Source of the DNA: Deltaproteobacteria bacterium
GTDB lineage: Bacteria > Myxococcota_A > Polyangia > Polyangiales > Houyiibacteriaceae
Reading direction: 5' to 3'
Assembly: GCA_034670305.1 (NCBI GenBank)
Contig: JAXMNT010000001.1
Coordinates: 192,001-256,000, forward strand
Length of the DNA: 64,000 nucleotides
Shown here: piece after piece, positions 37,625-47,503 of the stretch
Numbering within the stretch: the stretch's first letter is position 1
How the letters are laid out: the number at the start of each line of letters is the position of its first letter
The notes under the pieces: model-generated
Databases searched by the model: none
Seen by the model: the letters and a program-made list of their open reading frames with translations, nothing else
Told to the model about the DNA's origin: nothing
Program-made: the position numbers and the translations under genes

Positions 37625-38986
37625 TCAGAGCGAGTGTAGGTACGCGATCAAGGCGGTGCGGTCTTCGTCCGACAGCGCGGTGCCGAACTCGTGGCCTTGG
37701 TTGCTGTTGCCGGTGCGGGTCGTGTCGACGGTGAAGGTGCCGCGCTCGAAGGTCACCGGGCGTTCGGACGCGGGTCGGAGCAGATCGTCGAGCGTCGGCA
37801 CGCTGCCGTTGTGGAGGTAGGGCGCGGTGGCCCACACCCCAACCAGCGGTTGTGCGCGGTAGCCCTCGCTCGGTCCGACGAGCAGCCGGTTGCGGAGGAT
37901 GAACTGGATGAGGTCGGTGCGGTCGTCGGGGCCGGCTTCGCCATCGATGAGCGCGCGGTGGTCGGGGCTGGTGGCGATGGTGCCGAGCGGAAACGCCTCG
38001 TCGTCCCCCGGGATGCGCTCGATGCCTTCGTCGTCGTACGGGACGATCACGTTCAGCGCCGGGTCTTCGGGATGGTGGCAGCTGCTGCACCGCGCGCGCT
38101 CGAACACCGCGCGGCCCGCGGCCACGAGTGTGGCGTCTTCGGCGGGCGCCGCGGGCGCGTCGATCGTCTCGAGAAAGGCGACCAGGGGCGCGAGGCGCTC
38201 GCGGTGTGGGAACGGCACCACGGCCTCGGTGGGGTTGGGGTCGCCCGCGCCAAACGTGAACACCGAGAAGTACGTTTCTGCCCGGGTCTCCCGGCCGGTG
38301 CCGAGGTAGTTGAAGTGAGAGCGCCGGCCGAGCTCGAAGTACGCCGGGTAGTCCGCCGGCACGGGCGTCGGGTAGGTGCTGCTCTCCGCATGGAAACGAC
38401 CCGGTCCGAGTTCGGTGGCCTTCTCGAGCTGCAGCTCGGTGAACAGTGGCTCGTTGCCGGCTGCCACCCAGCGGGCGTTGACGGCGATTCGAAACGCGCC
38501 GTAGTCGAACTCGGCTGGCAAGCCGAGCCAGACCCGGCCGTCGGGCAACGTGCCGACGTGGCAGAGCGCGCAGGTCTCGTGCATGCGGGTGGGATCGTCG
38601 ATGCCGCGTTTGAAGCCGACCGGGAACTCGTCGTTGGGATCCGGCGTGAACCCGAAGGACGCGAACTGGTCACCGAACACGTCCGGTTCGTCGGTCATCA
38701 ACGCGCGCATGAACTCGGTGGGCGGCCAGTCGTCGAGGACCTCGGTGCCGAACGTGTCCCAGAGAAAGCGCAGGTACCCTTGGTAACGCACCTCGTCGGA
38801 GGGGTCGGGGGCGTTGGCGGCGTCGATGCCGGGCCGGTCGAGCGGCAGCACCGCTGGGCCCGCATCGAACGAGGTGTCGGCGCCGGCATCCACTTCGGTG
38901 CCCGCATCGACGTCGTCCGCCGGGTCGGCGCAGGCCAGCGCCAACGGGAGCGCGATCGAGAGTCCCAGTAGGGTTCGAGCAGTCAC
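37625..38986 (-). CDS. Di-heme c-type cytochrome lipoprotein (RoxA/CCP-like C-terminus)
   Basis: CALCH and CSSCH; YRAQPL.GVWATAPYLHNGSVPTL; GNSNQGHEFG. Confidence 0.85.
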   Translation of the reverse strand: MTARTLLGLSIALPLALACADPADDVDAGTEVDAGADTSFDAGPAVLPLDRPGIDAANAPDPSDEVRYQGYLRFLWDTFGTEVLDDWPPTEFMRALMTDEPDVFGDQFASFGFTPDPNDEFPVGFKRGIDDPTRMHETCALCHVGTLPDGRVWLGLPAEFDYGAFRIAVNARWVAAGNEPLFTELQLEKATELGPGRFHAESSTYPTPVPADYPAYFELGRRSHFNYLGTGRETRAETYFSVFTFGAGDPNPTEAVVPFPHRERLAPLVAFLETIDAPAAPAEDATLVAAGRAVFERARCSSCHHPEDPALNVIVPYDDEGIERIPGDDEAFPLGTIATSPDHRALIDGEAGPDDRTDLIQFILRNRLLVGPSEGYRAQPLVGVWATAPYLHNGSVPTLDDLLRPASERPVTFERGTFTVDTTRTGNSNQGHEFGTALSDEDRTALIAYLHSL

Positions 38987-40692
38987 AGGCTCTCCAGATA
39001 CTCCACGAGATCGGCGCGTTCGGCGAGCGTCCGCCCCGAGACATCGTGGGGGCCTGGGGTCGTGAGCACCGCGGCGAGGTCGGTGGCGCGTCCGTCGTGA
39101 AAGAAGGGCGGGCGCGCCCGGACGCCGAAGAGCACCGGCGTGCGCACTGGGTCGAGCTGGGCGTCGGGATCGGCCGAGGCCGGGATCGTGGAATGCATCC
39201 CGTGGTCGCTTCTGCCACCTGGGTGGCAAGTGTCGCAGCCCGCCTCCTCGAACACGGCCCGACCGGCGGCCGCCCGTGCACGGGGCGCCCCTGGGGGCGG
39301 TGGGGTCTCCGCCATGAACGCCCCGAGCGCGTCGAGATCCACGAGCAGTCCGTCGCCCTCCATCAACTCGCGAATCGTCGACCCACTCAGTTCTTCGACG
39401 TCTGTGAACGCTCCGTCCCAGTGCTGCGGCGCGAGGCCCGCGCCCCACGCGGGCGGGGTGCGGCGGAGTTTTCGTTCGATGCCCGGCGTGTGCAGAAACC
39501 AGGTGCGTCCATCGTCGCCCCCGGCGGGGTGACAGGTCGAACACGTGACGACGCCGCTCGGGGTCAGGTGGGTGTCGTCGGCGTCGAAGAAGATGCGTCG
39601 GCCGCGCAGCGCGCGGTCCGACAGACGCGTCCAGGCGATCGGCCGCCGCAGTTCGAGCGCGGCGTCCTGGTCGGCGTCGGACGCCCGAAACTCGAGTCGC
39701 GCCACCGCGTGTTCGAACCCGACGTCGACCCACGCGGTTCGACCGTCGGGCGAGAGTGCGATGCCCCTCCCGCCAGCGCCCACTCGGTACGAAGCGAGCA
39801 GCTCCGCTTCGCGCGTGCTCTGGCCGGTGCCTTCGTCGCAACGCAGCACCGCGACCCGGCGGGTCTCTCGATGCACCACCCAGAGCAGGCCCCCTGCCGC
39901 CGCCACCGCGCTCGGCCCTGCGAACACGCGCCGACCTCCGTCGAAGCGGGCGTAGCGACCGGCGCACTCCGCAAAGAGCCGCGGCTCGATCCGCGGTTCC
40001 CCCTCGTGTACCGATCCGTAGCCGCCGCGTTCTGGCGGGCGATCTCGGTCGCTGTCGTGATCGACGCGCTGGTATGCGCCGACCACCCCGCCGGGCCCGG
40101 CGCTGAGTGTCTGCACTTGGCTGGCCGCGAAACCCGGCTGGGATTCCAGTTCGAACGTGCGCACGACGTTCCACGCCGCGTCGAACACCTGGACCCGGCC
40201 ATGGCGAGAACTTCCCACGAACACTTCCTGGTCGCGGACCGCGAGCGCGCTGGGCCCTTCGACGGCGATGGTCCGCACCACCCGGTCTTCCTCGAGGACC
40301 AAGAGCCGATCGTCGTTCGCGCAGCCGACGAGGATCGACCCATGGTCGGTCTGAACGATCGTGTGGGTGCCACCACACTCCGTCTCGATGTTGCGGACGG
40401 CGCCGGTGGTGGAATCGATGCTGACCAACCACCGCGTCAGGGCAGAGGTCGCGACGACGCGGTCGCCCGCGACCAGCAGGTGGTGCGGCCCGGCAAGCAC
40501 ATCAAACGATCGGCGCACCTCGAGGGTGTCGACGTCGAGTTCCACCACCTGGTCGTTGTCCGGCGAAGTCAGCCAGATCGAAGTGCCTGCGAGCGCGATC
40601 GACGACGACGACGAGAGGAAGTTCGCCGGCTCCGGGCTGCAGGCGAGCCCGCAGGCGACCACGAACCCGATCGCCGCGACCACAGAACGCAC
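38983..40692 (-). CDS. YVTN-like beta-propeller fused to a di-heme cytochrome c peroxidase-like domain
   Basis: GLAC lipobox; propeller repeats; GRRIF..CSTCHP.G..DG..W; CDTCH; TP.L.G....PFFHDG. Confidence 0.85.
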   Translation of the reverse strand: MRSVVAAIGFVVACGLACSPEPANFLSSSSSIALAGTSIWLTSPDNDQVVELDVDTLEVRRSFDVLAGPHHLLVAGDRVVATSALTRWLVSIDSTTGAVRNIETECGGTHTIVQTDHGSILVGCANDDRLLVLEEDRVVRTIAVEGPSALAVRDQEVFVGSSRHGRVQVFDAAWNVVRTFELESQPGFAASQVQTLSAGPGGVVGAYQRVDHDSDRDRPPERGGYGSVHEGEPRIEPRLFAECAGRYARFDGGRRVFAGPSAVAAAGGLLWVVHRETRRVAVLRCDEGTGQSTREAELLASYRVGAGGRGIALSPDGRTAWVDVGFEHAVARLEFRASDADQDAALELRRPIAWTRLSDRALRGRRIFFDADDTHLTPSGVVTCSTCHPAGGDDGRTWFLHTPGIERKLRRTPPAWGAGLAPQHWDGAFTDVEELSGSTIRELMEGDGLLVDLDALGAFMAETPPPPGAPRARAAAGRAVFEEAGCDTCHPGGRSDHGMHSTIPASADPDAQLDPVRTPVLFGVRARPPFFHDGRATDLAAVLTTPGPHDVSGRTLAERADLVEYLESL

Positions 40693-40699
40693 GCGCAGC

Positions 40700-42265
40700 T
40701 CAGCGGCCTGCGGGCAAGAGCAACGCGAACTCGACGACCACCGGCTGCTCTGCGCATTCGAGGTGGTAGTTGCCGATCGGCAGCGTGACCGGATCGCCTT
40801 CGTCCGGATCCATCGTGTCGGCGCCGTTGCCATCGATGTCCATGAACCCGAGCAGCTGGTACCGGCCGGTCGGCAGCTCGGTGTCGATGAGGTACTCGGT
40901 GCCTTCGCCGGCGACCGTGGCATCCACGTCCTCGAAGAAGAAGTTGGCCACGGCGACCGCGCCTTCTCTCGGCCCCGCGATGGTCACGTCTTCGGCCCGA
41001 AAGACGCTGCCGTGCACGTCGCCCCGCAGTGGGTCGGTCAGCAGATCGCTCCCGCGCACCGTGTCGGAGGCATCGAACCGAACCCGCAACTTGCCGCGAA
41101 GGGAGTCGATGCTGCCGACCTCAGCGCAGCTCGTCTCGACCGGGTCGAGCATCTCCGGGATGATCACCTCGCCTTGGTACGGGAGCGGGTCGACATCGCG
41201 CAGACGATGTCGTGGCGACTCGACCGCGTAGGCGATCTGGAAGATGCCCGCCTGCCCCTGCGCGATCACGCGCACCACGCCGCCGCCGTCCGGGTCGTCG
41301 TAGTGAAACGGCACCGTCCAAGGAGACGAGGAGCCGGCGGCCACCGCTTCCTGGTCGGTCATGTTGCGGACCATGCGGAACACACTCTCGCGAAACTGCT
41401 GTCCGGCGATGAGCGAGGCCGGCGCGCGGGCGAACGCGACGCGGCGCTCGTCGAGCGCGACGATCTCGAACGCCACGTCGATGAGCCGGTCTTCGAGCTG
41501 GGGCGTGACGGTGAGCCGCAACCAGTCGTGCGGCCGAAGGTGGAAGTCGTGAAAGTTCTGCGCGGCGCCTTCGGTGACGCCGTACGCGCGCTTCGAGAAG
41601 AAGTCGAACTCGTCGCGGCTGAGTTCGAACCAGACCGTGCCGGCGAGTGTCTCGTACGGTTCGCCACTGAACGCGGGTACGTTGACGAAGGCAGGATCGA
41701 GTGAGGTGCGGGTCGCATGCGTGTTGAGCTCGAGCCAGCTCTCGCCGTTGTCGAACCGCACGACGATCGTGAGTTGGCCGCCCTGCACGCTCTGGGTCCG
41801 GTACTCGAGTTGAAACGGCGACATGCCGCCCGGCTCTTCGGCTTCGACGGCGGCGGCCCGCGTGAGCGCGGCGCGCACCGCTTCGATGTAGAGCGCCCCA
41901 TGTTGGAAGGAGGCGGGAACGCGAAGGACGGTGCGGCGTTCGTCGCTGCCGACGAGCTGCATGTCGAGCTCGAGCGTGGTCTGTTCGGCGGTTCGCAGAT
42001 CGGGAATCGAGTTCAGGAAGAGTCCGGGCTGAATCTCCTCGTCGACCAGGAGGTCGCCCGCCTGTGCTTGGGCGCCGAACAAACGCCCCAGCAGCTCTTC
42101 GGCGCGGCCGACTGAATCGAGCGGCATGGACACGCCGAGTCCGACCCACTCGACCGGTTCGGAGCGCGGTCGTTCCTCGCCCGCCGGCGCAACCGAGGCA
42201 CCGGGTTCGGAACACGCGGCCAGAGCGCACACCAACGCCCACACTGTTGTCCCCCGACGCGTCAT
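40700..42265 (-). CDS. Hypothetical lipoprotein with an internally duplicated domain
   Basis: LAAC lipobox; two DERR..PAS..SP[FW]..GG repeats; C-terminal DIDGNG Ca-binding-like loop. Confidence 0.75.
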   Translation of the reverse strand: MTRRGTTVWALVCALAACSEPGASVAPAGEERPRSEPVEWVGLGVSMPLDSVGRAEELLGRLFGAQAQAGDLLVDEEIQPGLFLNSIPDLRTAEQTTLELDMQLVGSDERRTVLRVPASFQHGALYIEAVRAALTRAAAVEAEEPGGMSPFQLEYRTQSVQGGQLTIVVRFDNGESWLELNTHATRTSLDPAFVNVPAFSGEPYETLAGTVWFELSRDEFDFFSKRAYGVTEGAAQNFHDFHLRPHDWLRLTVTPQLEDRLIDVAFEIVALDERRVAFARAPASLIAGQQFRESVFRMVRNMTDQEAVAAGSSSPWTVPFHYDDPDGGGVVRVIAQGQAGIFQIAYAVESPRHRLRDVDPLPYQGEVIIPEMLDPVETSCAEVGSIDSLRGKLRVRFDASDTVRGSDLLTDPLRGDVHGSVFRAEDVTIAGPREGAVAVANFFFEDVDATVAGEGTEYLIDTELPTGRYQLLGFMDIDGNGADTMDPDEGDPVTLPIGNYHLECAEQPVVVEFALLLPAGR

Positions 42266-42390
42266 GGGCCAAGTCTCGATCTTCTCAGGCCGTGCTGGCG
42301 TGACCACCATCACAGGGCACTGTTTTTCATGCGAGTCGCGTTCGCGGAATCGATCCTTCGCACCCGCGGCTGCCGCGGTATGGTCACTTC

Positions 42391-43098
42391 ATGAAGGAGT
42401 TTCCGCCCGCCCTCCCACACGGCCCCATCGAAGAAGTGTTTCCGAACGTCTTCGTCGTGCGTGGCTCCATCAAGATGGCGCCGCTCGTGACCGTCTGCCG
42501 CAACATGATCGTGGTCCGCGACGGCACCGAGTTGACGCTCTACAACGCGGTACGTCTGAGCGAAACTGGCGAGAAGGAACTGCTGGCACTCGGCGAGGTG
42601 ACGCATCTCGGCCGCATCGGTGCGTTTCACACCATCGACGAGCCCTACTACATGGACCGGTTCAAGCCGACCTACTGGGCGCAGGAAGGCCAGCGCAAAC
42701 TCGCTGGTGCGTGCGAGAACATCAGCGAAGGCGACGCGGCGCCCGGCGGCGGCACGTTCTTCGAGTTCCGCGACATCACGTGGCCCGAGTCCGCCGTGTT
42801 GCTCTCGAAGCATGGGGGCGTGCTCATCACCTGCGACTCGGTCCAGAACTTCGTGGACCTGACCGGCTGCTCGCCGGTTGGCAAGTTCGTCACCAAGATG
42901 ATGGGCTTTCAGCACCCGAGCCACGTCGGCAAACCGTGGCGCAAGGAGATGGGCAAGAGCCACGGCGTGGGCGCGCTGCGCGCCAACTTCGAACGGTTGC
43001 TCGAGAAGGACTTCAGCCACCTCGCCAGCGGTCACGGTCCGGTCTCGCGCGACCACGCGAAGACGAACCTCGCCAAGACGCTCGCCCGCGTGTTCTGA
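42391..43098 (+). CDS. Hypothetical protein, MBL-like/DUF4336-like
   Basis: RNMIVVR..ELTLYNAVRL, FH.ID, LI.CDS, GHG. Confidence 0.6.
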   Translation: MKEFPPALPHGPIEEVFPNVFVVRGSIKMAPLVTVCRNMIVVRDGTELTLYNAVRLSETGEKELLALGEVTHLGRIGAFHTIDEPYYMDRFKPTYWAQEGQRKLAGACENISEGDAAPGGGTFFEFRDITWPESAVLLSKHGGVLITCDSVQNFVDLTGCSPVGKFVTKMMGFQHPSHVGKPWRKEMGKSHGVGALRANFERLLEKDFSHLASGHGPVSRDHAKTNLAKTLARVF

Positions 43099-43147
43099 CG
43101 GATCGCCGCCACCGGTCTGCGCGAACTCTCGACCCCAGGTCGCGAAC

Positions 43148-44629
43148 TCAGGCTGCTTTGGCGGCTTCGGCGGTTTCCGGTTCGGGCGCCGGCGTGTGCT
43201 TCTTGGGTTTGGCGTTCCACACGCGGGTCGCGAGCAGGAAACCCACGAGGGCGACTGGGATCATCGCGCCGGGCCACATGTTCCAGTTGGCCGGATCGGC
43301 CGCGACTTCGGGCGTCACTTCGTTGTTCGGGAGCAAGTAGAAGTACGTGAGCGACATCAGGCCGGTGCCGAGGTAGACGAAGCCGTCGATGATGCCGACC
43401 GCGGTGCCGACGTTTTTCTTGCCGCCGAAGTCCATGCTCGCCGTGCCGCTCAGCATGCCGTGCACACCGATGACGCACATCGACATGGCGACCACGAGCC
43501 AGCCGACCACCGACGTGTCGTACGTGAAGTAGAGCAGCACCGCGCCGAGGAAGAGGGCGCCGTAGAGGATCGCCGCGACCGGCCCGCGCCGCGACTGAAA
43601 CACGCGGTCGCTGATGACGCCGGCCACGACGCCACCGAGGATGCCCGCCGCGCACAAGAAGACGCCCCAGCGGTTGCTCACCATGCCGTCGCGCAAGTGC
43701 AGGATCGCGTCGGTCTGCTTCGCGAAGGTCGGGTACCACTGCATGATCGCCTGGCGGAGAAAGCCGCTGCAGAACTCGATCATCGCGATGGTGAGGATGA
43801 TGGGGTTGGTCAGCATCTTCTTGAAGATCGTGACGACCGGCAGGCGCGGTCCGTCGTCGCCACTGGAAGCGTCGGCGGTGTCGAAGTCCTCGTGGCCTGC
43901 GTCGCCGGGGGTGTTCTTCACGCTGAAGATGACGACGCACACGCACAGGGCGAGAATCGCGGCGGGCACACCGAACACCCACACGAGGCCAAACGTCTCG
44001 CGGACGAACTTGCCGCCGTCGAACGCAAAAAAGACACCGAGCGAAATCAACACCCCGAAGATGGCACCGAACACGCCGCGTTCGCGGACGTGGAACCACG
44101 GCGCGTTCACCTTCACGATCGCGACCGCGCCGAAGCTCTGGAAGTACATGTTGAGCGCGTAGAGGATCGTGAAGACGAAGGTCATCTGCTGCGCGATCGG
44201 GCTGTTCGGATCCGCGGTGACCTGCATCGTCACGATGGCCATCGCGGCGTTCGCGAGGAGCGAACCGATCGCGCCGACCAGGATCGCCGCCTTGCCGCCG
44301 AAACGGTCGGTGAGCGGGCCGTTGATCACGAACGCGATCCCGTAGACGACGGTCCCGTAGCCGAAGATCTCAGAGAAATCGGCGTTGCTCATCAAGCTGT
44401 GGCCGGCTGCGTCGCGCAGCTCCTCGAAGGCGCTCTGGCTGACCTTGAGGTTGTAGCGGCCCATGTAGAGGAACGCGTAGGTCAGACCGAGCGGAAGCCA
44501 GTTCCAGATGCGCCGCCGCCGGAACGCATCGGAATGCCCCAGCTCGATGCGGGGGAGCCGACCGATGACGAACGCAATCACGAGAAGCAACCCAGCCAGG
44601 GGTGCGATTTGTTCGATCAAGTACTCCAC
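43148..44629 (-). CDS. MFS transporter, GlpT/UhpC-like
   Basis: YAFLYMGRYN, NGPLTDRFGGK, WFHVRERG.FG, GTAVGIIDGFVYLG. Confidence 0.9.
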   Translation of the reverse strand: MEYLIEQIAPLAGLLLVIAFVIGRLPRIELGHSDAFRRRRIWNWLPLGLTYAFLYMGRYNLKVSQSAFEELRDAAGHSLMSNADFSEIFGYGTVVYGIAFVINGPLTDRFGGKAAILVGAIGSLLANAAMAIVTMQVTADPNSPIAQQMTFVFTILYALNMYFQSFGAVAIVKVNAPWFHVRERGVFGAIFGVLISLGVFFAFDGGKFVRETFGLVWVFGVPAAILALCVCVVIFSVKNTPGDAGHEDFDTADASSGDDGPRLPVVTIFKKMLTNPIILTIAMIEFCSGFLRQAIMQWYPTFAKQTDAILHLRDGMVSNRWGVFLCAAGILGGVVAGVISDRVFQSRRGPVAAILYGALFLGAVLLYFTYDTSVVGWLVVAMSMCVIGVHGMLSGTASMDFGGKKNVGTAVGIIDGFVYLGTGLMSLTYFYLLPNNEVTPEVAADPANWNMWPGAMIPVALVGFLLATRVWNAKPKKHTPAPEPETAEAAKAA

Positions 44630-44799
44630 GGGGCGGCTATCGCACGCACCGTGGACAGTGTCATCCCCTCACGCGACCTCGGGTTGGGGTGGGGATGGCC
44701 GTGACACCGGGTTCCGATCGTCAAATGTGGTTCACACCGTCGTTCGGAAAACCCCGTGAATATTTGGGTGGTACGGATGGTGCTAAGGTGAACGCCGTC

Positions 44800-45402
44800 A
44801 TGCAGAAGACCCGATCGATGCGCTTTGCCCTCCTCCTTCCCGCCTTGGCCATGGGCTGCGCCCCGGCCTACGTGGCCGAGCCTGCGGGGACCACCACCAC
44901 CCGCCAGGTCGTCGTGTCGGGGCCACAGCAAGCGCAGGCGCAAACCCTGTTCACCATGACGAACCTGCGGCCCAACACCCGCGGCGTGATCTCCAGTGTG
45001 GCCTACACCCATGTGCGCGGGGGCGTGTTGCCCATGTGTACGCCGGTTCGCATCGACCGGATTCGAGGCCGAGAGATCCGCTTCACCAGCCTGAACGACA
45101 ACCGCCGTTTCCGGTACATCCTGCACCGCTCGGCGCGCTCGGGCGTCCAGGCGCACCAGCAGCGGTACTTCGGCACGAGCTGCCCCAACATGGCGCAGAT
45201 GTCGCCCGAAGATCAGAGCGGCATCCAGAACGCCGCGGTGTACCAGGGCATGACGAAACAGGGCGTGATCGCCGCGATCGGCTACCCGCCCGAACACGTC
45301 ACGCCCTCGCTGGAGGGCGACATCTGGGGCTACTGGGCCGGTCGCATGCGCCGTTTCGAAGTGCACTTCATGAACGGCCGCGTCAGCGGAATGAGCCAGT
45401 AG
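44800..45402 (+). CDS. Hypothetical lipoprotein with SmpA/BamE-like C-terminus
   Basis: LAMGC lipobox; GMTKQGVIAAIGYPP...W.YW. Confidence 0.65.
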   Translation: MQKTRSMRFALLLPALAMGCAPAYVAEPAGTTTTRQVVVSGPQQAQAQTLFTMTNLRPNTRGVISSVAYTHVRGGVLPMCTPVRIDRIRGREIRFTSLNDNRRFRYILHRSARSGVQAHQQRYFGTSCPNMAQMSPEDQSGIQNAAVYQGMTKQGVIAAIGYPPEHVTPSLEGDIWGYWAGRMRRFEVHFMNGRVSGMSQ

Positions 45403-45447
45403 AAATTCCCGCTCGCGCGGGAGGCCTTCCCCGCCTACCGTCACGGG

Positions 45448-45831
45448 GTGGGACAGGTGCTCTACCAGAGCGAGTACTACGTGCTCGAGAAGCGCCCGGA
45501 TGCGATCCACCTTGAGCGCACGTCGACGCCGTTCCCCGACCTCGGCGTGCTCGAGTCCGAGAGCCATGCGGTCTGCGCCGTGCTCGATCCGTACCGCCAC
45601 ACGGCGATGTTGATGGACCTGCGAAGGGCGGTGGGACGCAACGACCCCGAGTTCGAGACCAAGATGAAAGTCCTGCGTCCGAACCTCACGCGCGGGTTTC
45701 CACGCGTCGCGATCGTGGTGAGCAGCGTGATCGGACGCATGCACGTCCAGCGACACATGCGCGAAGACCGTGTCTCGGCGCTCGTGACGTTGGACGAAAC
45801 CGAAGCGCTTCAGTACGTGTCGAAGAGGTAG
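45448..45831 (+). CDS. Hypothetical protein (STAS/SEC14-like)
   Basis: LMDLRRAVGRNDPEFE...RVAIVVSS..GRM. Confidence 0.6.
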   Translation: MGQVLYQSEYYVLEKRPDAIHLERTSTPFPDLGVLESESHAVCAVLDPYRHTAMLMDLRRAVGRNDPEFETKMKVLRPNLTRGFPRVAIVVSSVIGRMHVQRHMREDRVSALVTLDETEALQYVSKR

Positions 45832-45835
45832 TCGG

Positions 45836-47083
45836 ATGGACGACGACCTCCCGCTGCCCGATCTCCCTCCGCTGGCAGACGTCGGTGAACTCGATCTGCC
45901 CGCTTCCCCGCCGAGCCCCCGCCGCGCGTCCACCGGGCCGGCCGCGCTTCGAACCGAGGATCTGCTCGGGCTCGATGTCGACGACCCGAATGGCGAACGG
46001 TTCGACGTGTGGCTGACCCACGTCGCCGACACCCGCGACGCCAGCACCGTGTTGTGTCGCGCACTCGGTATCGACGAACGCACCGCCGACGGCATCCTTC
46101 GGCAGCTGCCCTACGTGGTGCGGCGCAGCGTGGGTTCGGCCTCGGCGCTCGCGCTCGAGCAGTCACTTCGGGCGAGCGGTGCGGGCGTCGAAGTGCGTCC
46201 GGTCGGCGGCACCGATCCACACTCGGCCGCCAAAGCCGCCATCGCGTCTCAGAACACGCCCAGCCAACTTCCGCCCGACGCGGTCGCCAAGCTCCAGGCC
46301 ATCGGTGCACCGCGCGCGATCGTGGGTGTGGCCGCCGGCGGTCGGCGCGGACAGGTGCCCGAGATGCCGTCGCCCGAGCTCGATCGGGGGTTCTGGCCGC
46401 GGTTCGTCGCGTGTCTCCTCGTCCCAGTGCAGCAGTTCGGGTTCGTGTGGATCGGCGGCCTGGCGATGACCCTCATGATGGTCGGCATATCGCGCATGTT
46501 CTGTTTCGGGATCTTCCTCGTGCCGCTCGTTGCGTCGGCCTACCTCGGGGGGCTCGCGACCTTCTTTGGGCAGTGCGCGCAGGCGGGATTGGAGGACGAC
46601 CGGCCGCAGTTCCACTTGCCCGATCACAACGACGTGGTGCTCCGGGGACTCGTGATGGTCGTGCTCACGTTCGCCCTCAGCATCTTGCCCTTTGCGGCAC
46701 TCCACCGCGGCTTGCCGTCGGTGTTGGTGTACGTGCTCGGGTTGATTCCGTACATCTACTGGCCGATGGCGCTCGCGGCGGTGGGTCTGTCGGGACGGCT
46801 CCTCGCGCTCTTCGATGTGCGGTTCGTGGGCCAGGCCATCTTCGCAGGCGGGGTGCCCTACTTGGCGATCGTCGGGTTCGGCTGGGCGGCCTACGGCGTG
46901 GTCACGTTGGGCTTCGAGTGGTCGCAGGGACACCCGTTCTCGATGCTGGTGGCGGTGGGCCTCTTCGTGGTGTCGATCGGCTACGTCGCGGGCGCCCAGG
47001 GCGCGCTCATCGGTCGGCTGATCGCCACGAGGCGCGCGCGCTTCACGGGATTTCTTCCGGGGGAAGAGTCGGCTCTGCTTTGA
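45836..47083 (+). CDS. Hypothetical membrane protein
   Basis: Soluble N-terminus followed by ~6 TM segments. Confidence 0.7.
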   Translation: MDDDLPLPDLPPLADVGELDLPASPPSPRRASTGPAALRTEDLLGLDVDDPNGERFDVWLTHVADTRDASTVLCRALGIDERTADGILRQLPYVVRRSVGSASALALEQSLRASGAGVEVRPVGGTDPHSAAKAAIASQNTPSQLPPDAVAKLQAIGAPRAIVGVAAGGRRGQVPEMPSPELDRGFWPRFVACLLVPVQQFGFVWIGGLAMTLMMVGISRMFCFGIFLVPLVASAYLGGLATFFGQCAQAGLEDDRPQFHLPDHNDVVLRGLVMVVLTFALSILPFAALHRGLPSVLVYVLGLIPYIYWPMALAAVGLSGRLLALFDVRFVGQAIFAGGVPYLAIVGFGWAAYGVVTLGFEWSQGHPFSMLVAVGLFVVSIGYVAGAQGALIGRLIATRRARFTGFLPGEESALL

Positions 47084-47447
47084 TGGCGAGCGCGAGCGGC
47101 GCCGCGGCCAGCAGGGGTGCGGTCGCACACAGCGCACCGAGCCAAAACGGAAGCGGCGCGATGCCGGCCACCCCACACAGCACGGCTGCCCACCGGCCGC
47201 GCCGCCGCTTGGCCGCGACCGCACCGAGCCCTCCGAACAACGCGGACACGCCGAGCGCCATGGCTGCGTAGCGGCGCGTGCTCGAGCTCACTTCGAGGGT
47301 GTCCGCTTGGTGCGCCCACCGGCTGTGGCTGTCGCGCATGCGGCTGACGCCTTCGTACTCGGCGTAGGCGCCGCCCACCTGGAACAGCCCCGTCAGCCCG
47401 CTGGCGACGGCGCCCAGGGTGGCCAGAACCAATACCGCGATGCGCAC
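47043..47447 (-). CDS. Small hypothetical membrane protein
   Basis: Hydrophobic segments; follows moaA. Confidence 0.5.
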   Translation of the reverse strand: MRIAVLVLATLGAVASGLTGLFQVGGAYAEYEGVSRMRDSHSRWAHQADTLEVSSSTRRYAAMALGVSALFGGLGAVAAKRRRGRWAAVLCGVAGIAPLPFWLGALCATAPLLAAAPLALAIKAEPTLPPEEIP

Positions 47448-47503
47448 GGGATGGACCTAGCGCCAGACCGACGCGAGGCAAAGCCGAAGTTGCGGCGACG
47501 GCG

